From positions 1-34,317 of IMG/VR virus record IMGVR_UViG_3300037423_001837: DNA of 34,317 nucleotides; one strand, 5' to 3'. A program made the translations under genes and the position numbers. This DNA is from a virus. Lineage: Duplodnaviria > Caudoviricetes. Shown here piece by piece: positions 1 through 11,164 of this stretch (the stretch's first letter is position 1; every line of letters begins with the position of its first letter). Below the pieces are notes generated by a model. The model worked only from the letters and a program-made list of their open reading frames with translations. It ran no database searches and was not told where the DNA came from.

Positions 1-1525
1 GCGCATCCCACGCCGGGGTGCCTGAGAGGTGCGCGACGGCATCGCCGATCGGAATGACGACATCGCCCTGCGTCGCCTGCGCCTGTTCGATCTGATCCTG
101 GTAGCGGTTCAGCTCGCCGCCGTACTTCTCCGACTGCATGTACGCGACTGCCGCCTCGACCGGCACATAGAGGTTGCGCACCGGACTGTCGGCGGTGTGT
201 TGCTCGACGAATGTCTGGAGTGTGGTCGGGTCTTCCTTGCGGACCTTGGACTGCTCTGCCGCCTTCATCAGCGTGTCGGCGAACTCGGTGCCCGCCGCCG
301 ACCGCTCGATGTCATCCATTGCGCGCAGCTCGGGCGAAACCTTGCTTGCGATATAATGCCCGCCGCCCATCGCGCCGACGAGCAGGGCGGTCGACGCCGC
401 GGTCTGGATTAGCGGATTGTCTTCGTTCAGCGCGGAGTGGCGCCGCACATAGCTGTCCCAGCCCTCGCCGCCCGTGACTAGGGCGTCGGCCGCGTCCTGC
501 ACGGCGGTCGTCGCTACTTCGCTCGGCACTTCGCGCAGCAGTAATCCGCCAAGGAGCTTGCCCGTCGCTTTCTTGCCGAAATTGCCGAGCATCCAGCCCA
601 GCCCGAAATATTTCTCGAACCCGCTTTCCGCAGCGCCCGTGACCGTGCCGGCTGCGAGCGCCTCCTTGGCCGTGCCGCCGCGGTCGCGTACCTGCTGGTA
701 CTCCTGAAGCCCTGACTGCAATCCCATCGACGCAATTGGCTTCTTGGTGAGGATCGCCGTGCCCATCAGTGCAATGCTCTGGGACGCCGAATAGGTCTGT
801 TGCGCAAGGAATGTGGGCTCCGCCTCGTACACTTCCTGACTGCGCGCCTGGTCCGCCGCGATCTGCGCGCTCAGGCTTTGATAGACGCCGCTGCTCTTGA
901 GCGCTTCGCCTTTGCCAATGGTGTCGGCGAGATAGGTGGCGGCGCCCTGCCCTGCCTGCTCAATCGCCGCGAACATCCCTGAGCTAATGCCGCTGAGCCA
1001 GTCGCCAAGCGTCGGCACGCGTGCTGTCGGCCGCGCCCACGTCACGGGCGGTGTGGACTTCGACGCCGCGGCAAACGAATAATCCTTCGGTGCCTGGGTA
1101 TTCTGCAGCGTGATCGCACTGAGCAAGTTCGGTCGTCGACCGTTGACCGCGCGCAGATAATTGGTGAAGCCGCCTTGCGCGTTCATCGGATCGTTAGCGC
1201 GATTAAGGGTCGTGCTGATCGACGATAGTGACGGCAGGTCGTCCTTGACCGATGCCGCATTGTGTGGATCGACGAGGAAACGGGTCAGCTTGAGGTCGGC
1301 ACCGAGGATGCTTTGCGTCTGCGCAGCGGTGCGCTCGTTGTCGAAGCCGTTGATATCGGCCTCGACCATCGGGCCGGGGATACCGAGATCACGCCCGATG
1401 ACGTTCGCCCGGCGTGCGGCGGCGGCGTCGCGCTCCTCCAGGGTGTTCGCATATGCCTGGAGCGAAAGGTCGAGCGATGTCTTGGGCTGAACGCGCGTCG
1501 TCGGGACGAAAGAAGGGGTTGCCAC
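1..1525 (-). CDS. Large internal virion (DNA ejection) protein, N-terminal ~508 aa; runs off the window
   Basis: Not in the ORF track. Read by hand from GTG at 1525, abutting the upstream TAG: MATPSFVPTTRVQPKTSLDLSLQAYANTLEERDAAAARRANVIG..., open to base 1. Ala/Gly-rich helical sequence, last in the ejection-protein block as in podoviruses. Confidence 0.75.
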   Translation of the reverse strand, partial: MATPSFVPTTRVQPKTSLDLSLQAYANTLEERDAAAARRANVIGRDLGIPGPMVEADINGFDNERTAAQTQSILGADLKLTRFLVDPHNAASVKDDLPSLSSISTTLNRANDPMNAQGGFTNYLRAVNGRRPNLLSAITLQNTQAPKDYSFAAASKSTPPVTWARPTARVPTLGDWLSGISSGMFAAIEQAGQGAATYLADTIGKGEALKSSGVYQSLSAQIAADQARSQEVYEAEPTFLAQQTYSASQSIALMGTAILTKKPIASMGLQSGLQEYQQVRDRGGTAKEALAAGTVTGAAESGFEKYFGLGWMLGNFGKKATGKLLGGLLLREVPSEVATTAVQDAADALVTGGEGWDSYVRRHSALNEDNPLIQTAASTALLVGAMGGGHYIASKVSPELRAMDDIERSAAGTEFADTLMKAAEQSKVRKEDPTTLQTFVEQHTADSPVRNLYVPVEAAVAYMQSEKYGGELNRYQDQIEQAQATQGDVVIPIGDAVAHLSGTPAWDA

Positions 1526-3739
1526 CTAGCGCCCCTGCTGGAGATACACGGCAACAACGTCCCTTTGGCTATGCGGCAATCCCTTGCTTGCCAACCCGTC
1601 AACGATCTGCTGGCGCAGGCTCGGGTTGATCGAGTTGAACGTCTCGGAAATATTGACCTGTGAGCGCTCGCCCTTCCCGGTCTCGAAGACATAGCCGTCA
1701 TCGCTGATCTGACGGCCTTGCGCATCATAGCGCACCGCATGAACAACCAGCGCCCGCGCCGTCTCTTCGCGCTCCTGCGGCGACAGGTCGCGGCCCAGCT
1801 GCTTCTGCCGGCGCTCCACGCTCTCAACATACTGATCCATGAACCGGCCAGCGTTCGGATAATCCTTGGGCAGATAGCGGTGTGCCTTGGCCGCGGCTTC
1901 GTCCATACTCGCATTGAGCTGGCCGTTGGGATCGGACGTCAGATCGAGCCAACGCTTGTAGAGATCGGCGCGCTCGCCGTTGGTGATGTTCGGCGTGTTG
2001 AGCAGCTGCGGTCCTTCTTTGATGAACCGGTCGCGCTCCTGGTAGGTAGTGCGCAGGAGATCGAGATAGGTCGAGCTGTTGGCCTGCACGCCGCCACCGC
2101 TCTGGTTGCCCTTGGCTATGTTCTGCAGCGACAGCTGCTGCGTCGGCTTGAGCAATCCGAAGTTCGGGATTTGCGAAACGCTGGTGAACTTATCCCCAAG
2201 GTTAACCACAGTCTGTATCGCGCTGTTGTAGCGCTCTTCCTGCTGCTGATCGTAAAGCTGGTTTTGCACACCTGCGATCTGCCGGACGCGATCAACCGCC
2301 TTGTTGTAGCGGTTCGGGCTCCAGTTTTCGGCAGTGGCGCGGTCGTGCAGACGGCTCAGCGCGCGGCCGAGATCGTTCTCTTCAGCCTCATATCGGACAG
2401 GCTCGGCTTCCTTCCACGAAGGCGTGTCGGGTTTGACCGTGCCGCGCCCATTCCACAGCGCCGCGGCCGGATCGACCTTGGGTGCGCCGCGCCCTTCGCG
2501 CACCGTATAGTGGACGTGTGGCCCCGTCGCATCGCCGGTCTGTCCGACACTGCCGATCGGAGTTGAAGGATCAACTGTCTGCCCTTCGTGAAAAGGGCTC
2601 TGCGAACGGAGGTGGGCATAACCGGTGACGTAGCCGTTGGGGTGCTCGACGAGCACCGACCAGCCCCCTTTCTGGTCCCACCAACTCTTGACGACCTTGC
2701 CCGACATCGGCGTGTAGATCGGCGTGCCTTCCGGTGCAGCGATGTCCAGCGCATTGCCTGAACCGCGCGCGCGGTGCGCCGCGGCATTGTCCGTGATCCG
2801 GCCCTTGCCGCGCAGCGGATCGGCCGGTGAGATCGCCTTGGAAGTGGCGACAGGCTTATCGCTCTGCGATTGGACTGCAGTGCGCGGTGGTGTCGCCGGT
2901 GTGTCAGCCCGGTGTGCTGGCGGCTGCTCGCCGCTCTGCGGCTTCAGCGCGTTGGTGAACGCCCAGCCCGCATCGGCATCCGTGCGGTTCTCCTCAAGGA
3001 TCGGGTTGAGCTTCTTGCGCAGCTGCAGCTCATCGTCCGGCAGGATATCCGCGGCGTGCTGCTGGAGCGCCAGCAAGGCGTGATCGGCCTGGTCGGGATC
3101 GGCAATCATCCCGTCGATCGCTTTGCTCAGGATCGACGACTTCACCTTGGCCTGCTGGCGCGCAATGGCGTCCGGTCCCATGCCTGAATTGAGTGCGGCA
3201 GTTTCATTGAGCGCAGTGTTCAGGTTGTCGTCGAACGCCTTGGTCCCGAACGTGTCCACCGCGAGGTCGGCATAACTGTCGGCGCGGGCGAGCGATGCCT
3301 GCTTGTTGGCCTCCGCAATCTGCGTCGCGCTATGATTGGCGAAGCTTTCCTCGAGCTGCAGATTGCGCTGGTCGAAGACGTCTCCGTACATACGCTGCTG
3401 ACGCGCGTTGTGCAGTGACGTCAGCCGGGCCTTGCGGATTTCGCCGATCTGCTGCCGGGCTTCGGCGATCGCCGTTTGGGTGTCGAACCCTTTGGACGAC
3501 ATGACCTTGGCCCTGATCTCGGCGATCTGGCGCAAGTCCTCCGCGTCGGCCTGTTTGACCGCCGCGGTGTCGTACATCTCTCCGATCTTGTCGAGGTTCT
3601 CCGTGGCCTGGCTTACGCCCGCCGCGAGGTTCTCCGCGCCACGCGCCAGGCTCTCCGCACCGGAGGCAAAGTCCGGTGCCCGAAGACGTGCCTGCGTTGC
3701 CGGACGCTGGTCGACGGTGTTTTCAGTAACATGCAGCAT
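1526..3739 (-). CDS. Internal virion protein with an embedded M23 (LytM-like) peptidoglycan peptidase domain
   Basis: 737 aa. Helical N- and C-terminal parts flank ALDIAAPEGTPIYTPMSGKV...GYAHL...GSVGQTGDATGPHVHY, the M23 signature including HxH. Lies among ejection proteins. Confidence 0.85.
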   Translation of the reverse strand: MLHVTENTVDQRPATQARLRAPDFASGAESLARGAENLAAGVSQATENLDKIGEMYDTAAVKQADAEDLRQIAEIRAKVMSSKGFDTQTAIAEARQQIGEIRKARLTSLHNARQQRMYGDVFDQRNLQLEESFANHSATQIAEANKQASLARADSYADLAVDTFGTKAFDDNLNTALNETAALNSGMGPDAIARQQAKVKSSILSKAIDGMIADPDQADHALLALQQHAADILPDDELQLRKKLNPILEENRTDADAGWAFTNALKPQSGEQPPAHRADTPATPPRTAVQSQSDKPVATSKAISPADPLRGKGRITDNAAAHRARGSGNALDIAAPEGTPIYTPMSGKVVKSWWDQKGGWSVLVEHPNGYVTGYAHLRSQSPFHEGQTVDPSTPIGSVGQTGDATGPHVHYTVREGRGAPKVDPAAALWNGRGTVKPDTPSWKEAEPVRYEAEENDLGRALSRLHDRATAENWSPNRYNKAVDRVRQIAGVQNQLYDQQQEERYNSAIQTVVNLGDKFTSVSQIPNFGLLKPTQQLSLQNIAKGNQSGGGVQANSSTYLDLLRTTYQERDRFIKEGPQLLNTPNITNGERADLYKRWLDLTSDPNGQLNASMDEAAAKAHRYLPKDYPNAGRFMDQYVESVERRQKQLGRDLSPQEREETARALVVHAVRYDAQGRQISDDGYVFETGKGERSQVNISETFNSINPSLRQQIVDGLASKGLPHSQRDVVAVYLQQGR

Positions 3740-4302
3740 CAGCCAAACGCCCCGAGGGCGAGCGCTGAATTGCCCCCACTGCTGCTTCCGCCCGTCGACG
3801 GTCCAGCGTTCATGCGTCCCACCTGCGAAGCGCCGGCGAGAAGTGTTCCCGCTGCGCTCAGATAGCTGCCGGTGCGCGCCGTCTTGCCGCGGTACAGCGC
3901 AGCCGCGCCCTCGGCGCGATAATTAGCGGCATTGATATCGTAACCCTTGATTTCCTTGCCGTAATTCTCATTGAGCGTCGAGCTGTCCTCGATGCCGATC
4001 TGCATCGTGTCGGTCTGGAGATCGGCGACCGAGCCGAAATTGACGTCGAGCCCCTGGGCCGCACCCTCTGCGCGCTGCGTTCCGAGCTTCTGCGCCACGC
4101 TGCGCCACAGGCGCATCTGGTCGATATTGCGGCGATTGAATGCATCCTCGCGCGACTGCTCTTCGAGCTTCGCGTTGCGCTCGGCGATCTGACTTTCGAA
4201 CTTGCCCTGCTGGTATGCAGCCTGACCCGCGTAAATTTGCGAGCCAGCAGTGACGACTGTGGCAGCTACGGCTAGGGCAGTTAAAGTGACCGGATCGCAC
4301 AA
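3739..4302 (-). CDS. Internal virion protein (T7 gp14-like ejection protein)
   Basis: 187 aa. MCDPVTLTALAVAATVVTAGS hydrophobic N-terminus and Ala/Gln/Gly-rich body are typical of the first podovirus ejection protein; synteny agrees. Confidence 0.75.
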   Translation of the reverse strand: MCDPVTLTALAVAATVVTAGSQIYAGQAAYQQGKFESQIAERNAKLEEQSREDAFNRRNIDQMRLWRSVAQKLGTQRAEGAAQGLDVNFGSVADLQTDTMQIGIEDSSTLNENYGKEIKGYDINAANYRAEGAAALYRGKTARTGSYLSAAGTLLAGASQVGRMNAGPSTGGSSSGGNSALALGAFG

Positions 4303-4306
4303 AATA

Positions 4307-4771
4307 TTAAGTCCTTGAAAACAAAGTAGAGTAGCGAATGAACGGTCTCATCGGGTGTCCGCGGATCACGTCGACGCCACCGACCGCGAAACCGAGACGG
4401 CTGAGCCAGCGGATCGCAGCGACATTATCGACGTGAACCCAATTTTCTAACTGCATATAATGCCTGTGGATCGCATCGGTGTAAATGCGCCCAAAGCGCA
4501 GCAGCGCCTTGTGGTGCCTGACCGCTTCATCGGTCATCAGCAGCCACGGCCGGCCGACATTATCGAGCATCGAGACCGTCGAGGCGCCGAACATCGCCAT
4601 CGGCTTGCCGTCGACCAATGCGGTCCACGCGATGGTCGACGCCATTAGCCCCAGGCGCAGCGCCTCCTTCGGGCTGTGCCCGAATATCCGGCACTCCAGC
4701 CTGTCGATATCCCGCATCCCCAGCGCGAGCGGACCCACATGGGTCAGCTTGGCCGGGACGATCTCGATCAT
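4307..4771 (-). CDS. T7 gp13-like / GNAT-fold virion assembly protein
   Basis: 154 aa. MRDIDRLEC...GRPWLL...LENWVHVDNVAAIRWLSRLGF pattern; follows the nozzle gene. Confidence 0.75.
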   Translation of the reverse strand: MIEIVPAKLTHVGPLALGMRDIDRLECRIFGHSPKEALRLGLMASTIAWTALVDGKPMAMFGASTVSMLDNVGRPWLLMTDEAVRHHKALLRFGRIYTDAIHRHYMQLENWVHVDNVAAIRWLSRLGFAVGGVDVIRGHPMRPFIRYSTLFSRT

Positions 4772-6554
4772 TCTTTGCCTACCAGCAAGCGAGCAAAGAT
4801 CGCCACAATATGCGCCGGCACTGGTTCGTTCTGCTCGACCACAATAGAGGTGCTGTCGCGCCAGTCGCCCGGCACGTCGACGCGATAATCGATCGCACTG
4901 ACGTCGAGCAGTTCAGCCACCTCATCACCGTCTTTAGGTTCGACCTGCTCGAGCTGCGTTGAAGGCGTGCCGATTTCGATGCCGCGGGTATCGACCGTGC
5001 GTACAGTGATATCGCCGATCTGTTGCCGATTGACGTGGTTCGAGCTGAGCCCTTCGGTCAGTGCGGCCGGCAGTGTTTCCAGTCTTCCCGAATAGCGCAG
5101 CCCGACCGTAATGGTCGAAGCCTCCACGCCGTTCGGCACGTCCACCCCGCCGTCGCACGGGCTCACGTCGAGATCGTGCGCCACATAGCCATCATAGATC
5201 ATGCTCACTTTTTCACCGATGAGATGATAGGCGCCCGTGATCCGGCTGCTCGGCGGATCGTAAACCTGTGTCCACGCGCAATCGAGGTGACATGCTTTTT
5301 CGATCTCGATGTGAGGCAGGGCCATGCGTTCGTGGAACAGCCGCTCGGTGCCGTTGATCGTGCGACGGATCAGTGCGTAGAGCCGATCGTAGCCGTTTTC
5401 TGGAATGACTTCGATATCCTCGAACGTGCCGTTCGTCTCGATCTTCGACCAGCCCCAAACCTGCTGCTCGGCTTCCCAGGTGAAGGCCAGCAAAATGCCG
5501 TCGCTGCGCAGCCCGTAAACGCAGGAGAAGGGCTCTTCCTGGTACACGAGCTTAATGATGCTGAATTCGCGAATAAGGTGCGGCGAGAAGATCGTCACAT
5601 TATCGGTCTTGTAGCCCTGCACATCGAACGAAAAGCCCAATGTGCGCACCGCATTTGCACGGCTCGTCACGAAGAAGATTACATTGTCGACGGCCAGAGG
5701 CTTGATTTTGCGCGCTCCGCGTCCACTGACACGCTTGGGGTTGATATCGCTCGGCGTGATGACGCTGTCGTTGTTGCCCTGAATGGCGAAAATGCTGTCA
5801 GTGGTGGGGCAAAGAAGCTGTTCCAGCGAAACTAGCGAAGTGATCGCGTTAACTTTGTCAGCGAGCAAGGCGAAGGACAAGGCATCATCGGCACGCGCCG
5901 GCCGCGACTTGTCCATATTCTCGGGATCGGCGGAGCGTGATGCCCACACCCCGTTGATGACATTGCGTGTTCCGCCCCATGTCAGCCGCTGCTGATGGAA
6001 CGTCACCACGCTTGGCTTGTCATCAGTCGCGCTAAACGGATCATCACCGACAGGAGGGGTGAGGCTCAGCACCGGCTGTAAATTTTTGTCGATCAAAGTC
6101 GTGCCAGCCGTGGTCCCGATGTAACCGTAAACCCCGCCCTGCTCCTTATAGACGGCATGGCGGGTGACATCGCCGCTCGGCGCGGGGAGCGTAATGGTGT
6201 TGAAATTGCCTTGAAGCGACAAGTCGTTGGTCGCACTCACCACTGTTGAAGCGCGGCTCTCCTGCGCCGGGGAACCATCCTTGATCGCCGTCGCGACATA
6301 GTTCGTGGCAGTGGTGTACGCGCCGGTCGTGTTGGGCTGCGTCGGTGCTGCCGATACGCCAGTAGGCGCCGCGATCGTCGGACCAAATGTGACCGACGCA
6401 TAAAGCCAGTCAGTGTGACCGAAGCGCTCGAGCTTGTAGGGATCGTAATTGAGGTGCGCGAAATACATCACGTCCGCTGTCTGCGCATAGTCCAGCCCAC
6501 CAAGCTCGGTGTCGAGATACGGTGTGCTCACTGAATAGATGCGCCGAATGCCCA

Positions 6555-6555
<1 letters not shown>
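4768..6555 (-). CDS. Tail tubular protein B (nozzle), C-terminal main part
   Basis: 595 aa. YAQTADVMYFAH, PSVVTFHQQRLTWGG and YQEEPFS...QQVWGW...HLDCA motifs of BPP-1/epsilon15-type nozzles; lacks the usual N-terminus. Confidence 0.85.
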
Positions 6556-7237
<682 letters not shown>

Positions 7238-7238
<1 letters not shown>

Positions 7239-7930
7239 TAGATCAAGCCGTAGCCTGCGAGCACCGGATCATAGCCACCGCGCACCATCTCGGCTTCGGT
7301 CATTCCGTTGCCGTAGCGCGGCCCGCCGATGTTGAGGCTGCGGGCGATCTCGATGTTCATCTCCTTGATCCCCTCGTCGTGCAGCTCGCGCGCCAGCGTA
7401 TCGTCCTTGGCAACCGAGCGGGCGAGCTGAGAGGCAAGAAACAGCACAATGAGCTTCTCGACCTGATCGTTGAAGTCCTGCTCGGTGATGTTGAAACTGA
7501 CATAATCGACGACCGCGCCTTCGATATTGGCGTAGATCGTATTGGTCTCGTAACGGAACAGAGGCTTGCCGTAGAGCTGCGCCAGGAGAAAGCCCAGCCC
7601 GCGATAGTAGGAGATCGTCGAGGTGGCGGAATAGGGGCCTACCGTGATTGGAAAGGCCATGTCGGTCGGCGCCGCATAGGCGGTCGTCCACTCTTCGGAG
7701 CGGTTATTGGTCGAAAGCGCGACCAGCGCGACGCGCGTGCTCGCCAGCCCCCAATGGTGCGAGGTGAGCACCTGGCGAACGATCGTCTTGTACCACAATT
7801 TGCATTCGCGGCCGGCGTGCTTGTTGAGGTTGGCTGGATCGTCGAGCGCGCCGGCGAGAGGCTGTTGCTTGATCCGGCTGAGCGACTTGTTGCAGATGCT
7901 GATGTCGCTGCGCGGTTCGAGAAACGACAT
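7238..7930 (-). CDS. Tail tubular protein A (adaptor)
   Basis: SDISICNKSLSRI...CKLWY...VLTSHHWGLA matches the gp11-like adaptor N-terminus. ATG at 7930 with GGAG upstream preferred over the track start at 7966. Confidence 0.8.
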
Positions 7931-8004
7931 TCTGCTCTCCGCAAAAGAAAGAGGACCGGACGCCAACTATAGCATCCGGTCCTCCCAAAAGACTAGACCG
8001 TCGA

Positions 8005-8562
8005 TTAAGCGGGGTTGCGAGCTGCCTCGCGTGCCGCAAGTTCGGCGTCGACTGCATCGAGCACACCCTTGCGGTTCTTGCCTGCCTCTTCGTCGGCCTT
8101 GATCTGTGCGAGCTGCTCATCGGTCTTGGTGCCGAGATCGGCAGTGACTTCCGCCACCGTTCCCGAAGCCGACGCCGCGACTTCAGGCTCCGAAGCCATC
8201 AGGTCTTTGAGCTGGTCGTCGACCTTGCCTTCGGCATCGGGATCGCGCAGCCCCGCATCATCGATGCGGCTTTCCTGCGGGTCCGTTACCTCGGCGACCA
8301 GCTCCTTGCCCGGTGACACATACTGACCGCCCGGCCCCTGCACCGCATCAGGCGGAAGCTGCTGCGGGATTTTGGGATTCGGACCAGTCGGCGCGATCGG
8401 CGAAATCTCCACACGCGCCGGCTCGAAATCGCCGACATCGCGCAGGTTCTTCTCCTTGCCGCTGATCTTCTCTTCGTCGAACGAGCCGATATGCCCGGCC
8501 GGGACGAGCACGCCGCGGGCATCGAAGCTGTCGTTCACGACAAGCTTTTGAACATAAGGCAT
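8005..8562 (-). CDS. Hypothetical virion-associated protein
   Basis: 185 aa, acidic. C-terminal helical EEAGKNRKGVLDAV motif is common in head-region phage proteins; GAAGGAG RBS. Confidence 0.6.
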   Translation of the reverse strand: MPYVQKLVVNDSFDARGVLVPAGHIGSFDEEKISGKEKNLRDVGDFEPARVEISPIAPTGPNPKIPQQLPPDAVQGPGGQYVSPGKELVAEVTDPQESRIDDAGLRDPDAEGKVDDQLKDLMASEPEVAASASGTVAEVTADLGTKTDEQLAQIKADEEAGKNRKGVLDAVDAELAAREAARNPA

Positions 8563-8590
8563 GTGCTTACTCCTTCATCGCCATAACCGA

Positions 8591-9022
8591 TCAACCGATG
8601 CCTAGGTTCATCGGAATGATGGAGCTGTTGCGATCCGTGCCGCCGACGATCCCGGCAGTGACCGCGCCGGCAGTGTGCGTGCCGACCGTCACATACTGGA
8701 AACCGAGGTAGCGCTGCGTGATGTCCGGCATCGGAACGTCGAGCAGCTTGGTGCCCGCCGTAAGGCTGGCCTCGACGATCACCGCGCCGGTTGCGACCAC
8801 TGTCGGCGACGACAGGTTGCTGCTTGCCGAAGAGATCAGGTTGACCTGCAGCGAAGTGCCGCCCGTGAAAGTCGTCGTGCAGACCGCGACCGCACGCAGC
8901 GGCTGGCCCGAGCGACCAGGATTGTCGATCGCGGTGAGCAGATCGATGCTGTCCGTCGAGACCTGTGTTCCCGTGGTCACTGCCTGAGCAAGCGACGGGC
9001 GGGCTTGTGCGTCCATGTACAT
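8591..9022 (-). CDS. Capsid decoration/cement protein (Bbp16-like)
   Basis: MYMDAQ...STDSIDL...QRYLGFQYVTVGTHTAGAVTAGIV beta-sandwich directly after the MCP. GAAAGGAG RBS supports the start at 9022. Confidence 0.8.
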   Translation of the reverse strand: MYMDAQARPSLAQAVTTGTQVSTDSIDLLTAIDNPGRSGQPLRAVAVCTTTFTGGTSLQVNLISSASSNLSSPTVVATGAVIVEASLTAGTKLLDVPMPDITQRYLGFQYVTVGTHTAGAVTAGIVGGTDRNSSIIPMNLGIG

Positions 9023-9047
9023 GCTAATTACTCCTTTCCCGTCACCC

Positions 9048-10082
9048 TTAGCTGACCTGAGTTTCGCTGACATTCAGCGCGTCGGTACGGCGCACTGGAA
9101 TGTTGTCGAACATCATGATGCGCGAACCGCCCATCTCGCCCCACGACAAGAACTGGTTCTTGCGCTGGAGGAGCTGGCGACGGAACAGCGCGCGGACAGC
9201 GCGAGGCACATAGAAGACCGCCTGGCCGGACGTGACGTTCTCGACCTGCTCGGCGGCCTGAACCATCAAATCCTCGAGCAACGGGCCGGTGGCGCCGGTG
9301 ATCGTGATTGCGGTCAGGTCGATGTTGCAGATACGAACTGCGAAACGCCAGTCCTTGACGAACAGGCCGCAGCGCCACAGCCAGTGGTCGCGGTAGCCCA
9401 TGTACATATTGCCGTTGCTGTCGGTGAGGACCGTCGCGGGCGGGGCGCCGTTGATGCTGTCGCCGTTGCCGTTGGTCACATCCTCGTGCTCGAGCCCGCC
9501 CGTGGTGTTCTTCGGATAGATGCCGAAGATCGTGTCCGGCCCCCACACGACCAGCCAGATCGAGCGAAGATCGGAGCCGGTGCCACCCGCGTTGATGACG
9601 TTCGCGGCCGACTTGTTGGTGGTCGTCGAGAGCGTATTGTAGCGGTTGGCGAGCCCGGTGAACTCCAGCGGGTTCGAGTTGGCGTTGCCGTAGAACAGCT
9701 TGCTCGCCATGAAATTCGACATGCCCATGATATGCGGCCGGGCCTGCTTCAGACGATAGGCGTTGACGTCGCCGGCCATGATCGCCAGCTCGCGGTCGAC
9801 CTGGCTGAAGTCCTCGAGCAAAGAGCAGGTCTCTTCGATCGTGGTGCTTCCCGCCTTCGTGACCGGAACGCCGGCATTGAGCGCGCGGAAGGAAGGGGTG
9901 GGAAGCACGGTGCGTGCACCGTCCTTGTGCCCCGTCGCCATATTGCCCTGCTCCCAGTGCATATCGGCGAGGATTTCATTCTGCTGCGTCAGGACTTCCG
10001 CGATGTCGAGCTGCTTTCCGTCAGGCGCAAGCTCGGTCAGCACGTCGATCAGTGTGGTGACGCCACTGCCTTGGACTGCCAT
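9048..10082 (-). CDS. Major capsid protein (BPP-1 Bbp17-like, HK97 fold)
   Basis: 344 aa. IAEVLTQQNEILADM, LPTPSFRALNAGVP, SIWLVVWG and FDNIPVRRTDAL motifs. Confidence 0.92.
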   Translation of the reverse strand: MAVQGSGVTTLIDVLTELAPDGKQLDIAEVLTQQNEILADMHWEQGNMATGHKDGARTVLPTPSFRALNAGVPVTKAGSTTIEETCSLLEDFSQVDRELAIMAGDVNAYRLKQARPHIMGMSNFMASKLFYGNANSNPLEFTGLANRYNTLSTTTNKSAANVINAGGTGSDLRSIWLVVWGPDTIFGIYPKNTTGGLEHEDVTNGNGDSINGAPPATVLTDSNGNMYMGYRDHWLWRCGLFVKDWRFAVRICNIDLTAITITGATGPLLEDLMVQAAEQVENVTSGQAVFYVPRAVRALFRRQLLQRKNQFLSWGEMGGSRIMMFDNIPVRRTDALNVSETQVS

Positions 10083-10125
10083 GTTCAGTCTCCCTTATTC
10101 ACCGCGCAGCCCGCGGCAGGCTTGT

Positions 10126-10848
10126 TTACCCATAATATTTCTCGACCCTCGACTTGGGCTTGTTCGCGCCCGTGTCCGTGGTTTCGAGATCATTGTCTTC
10201 GGCGAGCAATTTACCCGCCTGATAAGCGAAAGCGACCATCGCCGGATGCTGCGACAGGCCGGTGTCCTTGAGGAAATCGCGGAAACCCTGCGGGGCGAGA
10301 TGATCGAGCGCCTTGGCTGCGGTCTTGAGCACCATGCTCTTGTCCTTGGCGTCGAAGCTCAGGGTCTCGCCGGCCTGGTTCTTCAGCTCGGCGCCATTCG
10401 ACTTGATCGCGGCTTCGGCCTGGCCCTCCCATTCCGCGCGCTGCGCAACGACCTGCTGCTCGATGCTCTGCGTCGCGCGCTCCATGACCGAAGGGAGCAC
10501 TTTTTCGGCATAGACCTGGGCGACCTTGGCGGCGCCCTTGTTGGACAGGCCCAGCTCCTTGAAGGTCGGCGTCACCGCGTCGAGCGCGGCCTTGTCGATC
10601 TCCATGCCTTCGGGCAGGCCCTCGATCTCGTAGCCGGCGTCGCCATCGGGCGCGCCGAACAGCTCGGCGCGCGCGGCTTCGGCGGCTTTCTCTTCGTCGG
10701 TGCGATTGTCCTCTGCCGGATCGGGATCGGGCTGCGGATCATCACCAGCCAGATCGATCTTCGGCTCAGTATTTGAGGTACTCGGGTCCGGTGCCGGATC
10801 GGGCGTCGGCGTCGGGTTCGTCTGGTCGTTCGGTGCTTCTTGGGACAA
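10126..10848 (-). CDS. Capsid scaffolding protein
   Basis: 240 aa, acidic Pro-rich N-terminus, FKELGLSN and LKDTGLSQHPAMV motifs; AGGAGG RBS before TTG; immediately upstream of the MCP. Confidence 0.75.
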   Translation of the reverse strand: MSQEAPNDQTNPTPTPDPAPDPSTSNTEPKIDLAGDDPQPDPDPAEDNRTDEEKAAEAARAELFGAPDGDAGYEIEGLPEGMEIDKAALDAVTPTFKELGLSNKGAAKVAQVYAEKVLPSVMERATQSIEQQVVAQRAEWEGQAEAAIKSNGAELKNQAGETLSFDAKDKSMVLKTAAKALDHLAPQGFRDFLKDTGLSQHPAMVAFAYQAGKLLAEDNDLETTDTGANKPKSRVEKYYG

Positions 10849-11164
10849 GTGGGCCTCCTATTTGGGTTTTCTTCTCCGCTTCGAGAATTCGCAGCAATGC
10901 GTCGGGTCCGAGAGTGTTCTCGGCCATGCGGAGAATGTCTAACCCCAAACTCCTGCGTCCCGCGCTCCATGCGTGGATACGACCATCGGAGTGGAAGTCC
11001 GCACTAAACATGCCCGCAGTCGAGAAAAATGTAAAGAGGAACCGGAGGAACTCTTCTTTAAGGGCTAATGTCTGAAAGTCGCGATGCGCCAGCTCGGCGC
11101 GTATCTGCACCGCGTTGCGTGTCTTGGGCCGGACACTGAGGACGTCGCGCTCGCCGTCGCTCAC
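10766..11164 (-). CDS. Bbp19-like small head-region protein
   Basis: 132 aa. FLRFLF...AG...GRRSLGL pattern between portal and scaffold; 83-nt overlap with the scaffold gene. Confidence 0.65.
   Translation of the reverse strand: MSDGERDVLSVRPKTRNAVQIRAELAHRDFQTLALKEEFLRFLFTFFSTAGMFSADFHSDGRIHAWSAGRRSLGLDILRMAENTLGPDALLRILEAEKKTQIGGPLVPRSTERPDEPDADARSGTGPEYLKY

Noticed and set aside
9015-10776. Long plus-strand ORFs (418 and 337 aa), and similar ones at 13802 and 29241
   Set aside because: Antisense shadows of well-supported genes in GC-rich DNA, with no recognisable motifs.
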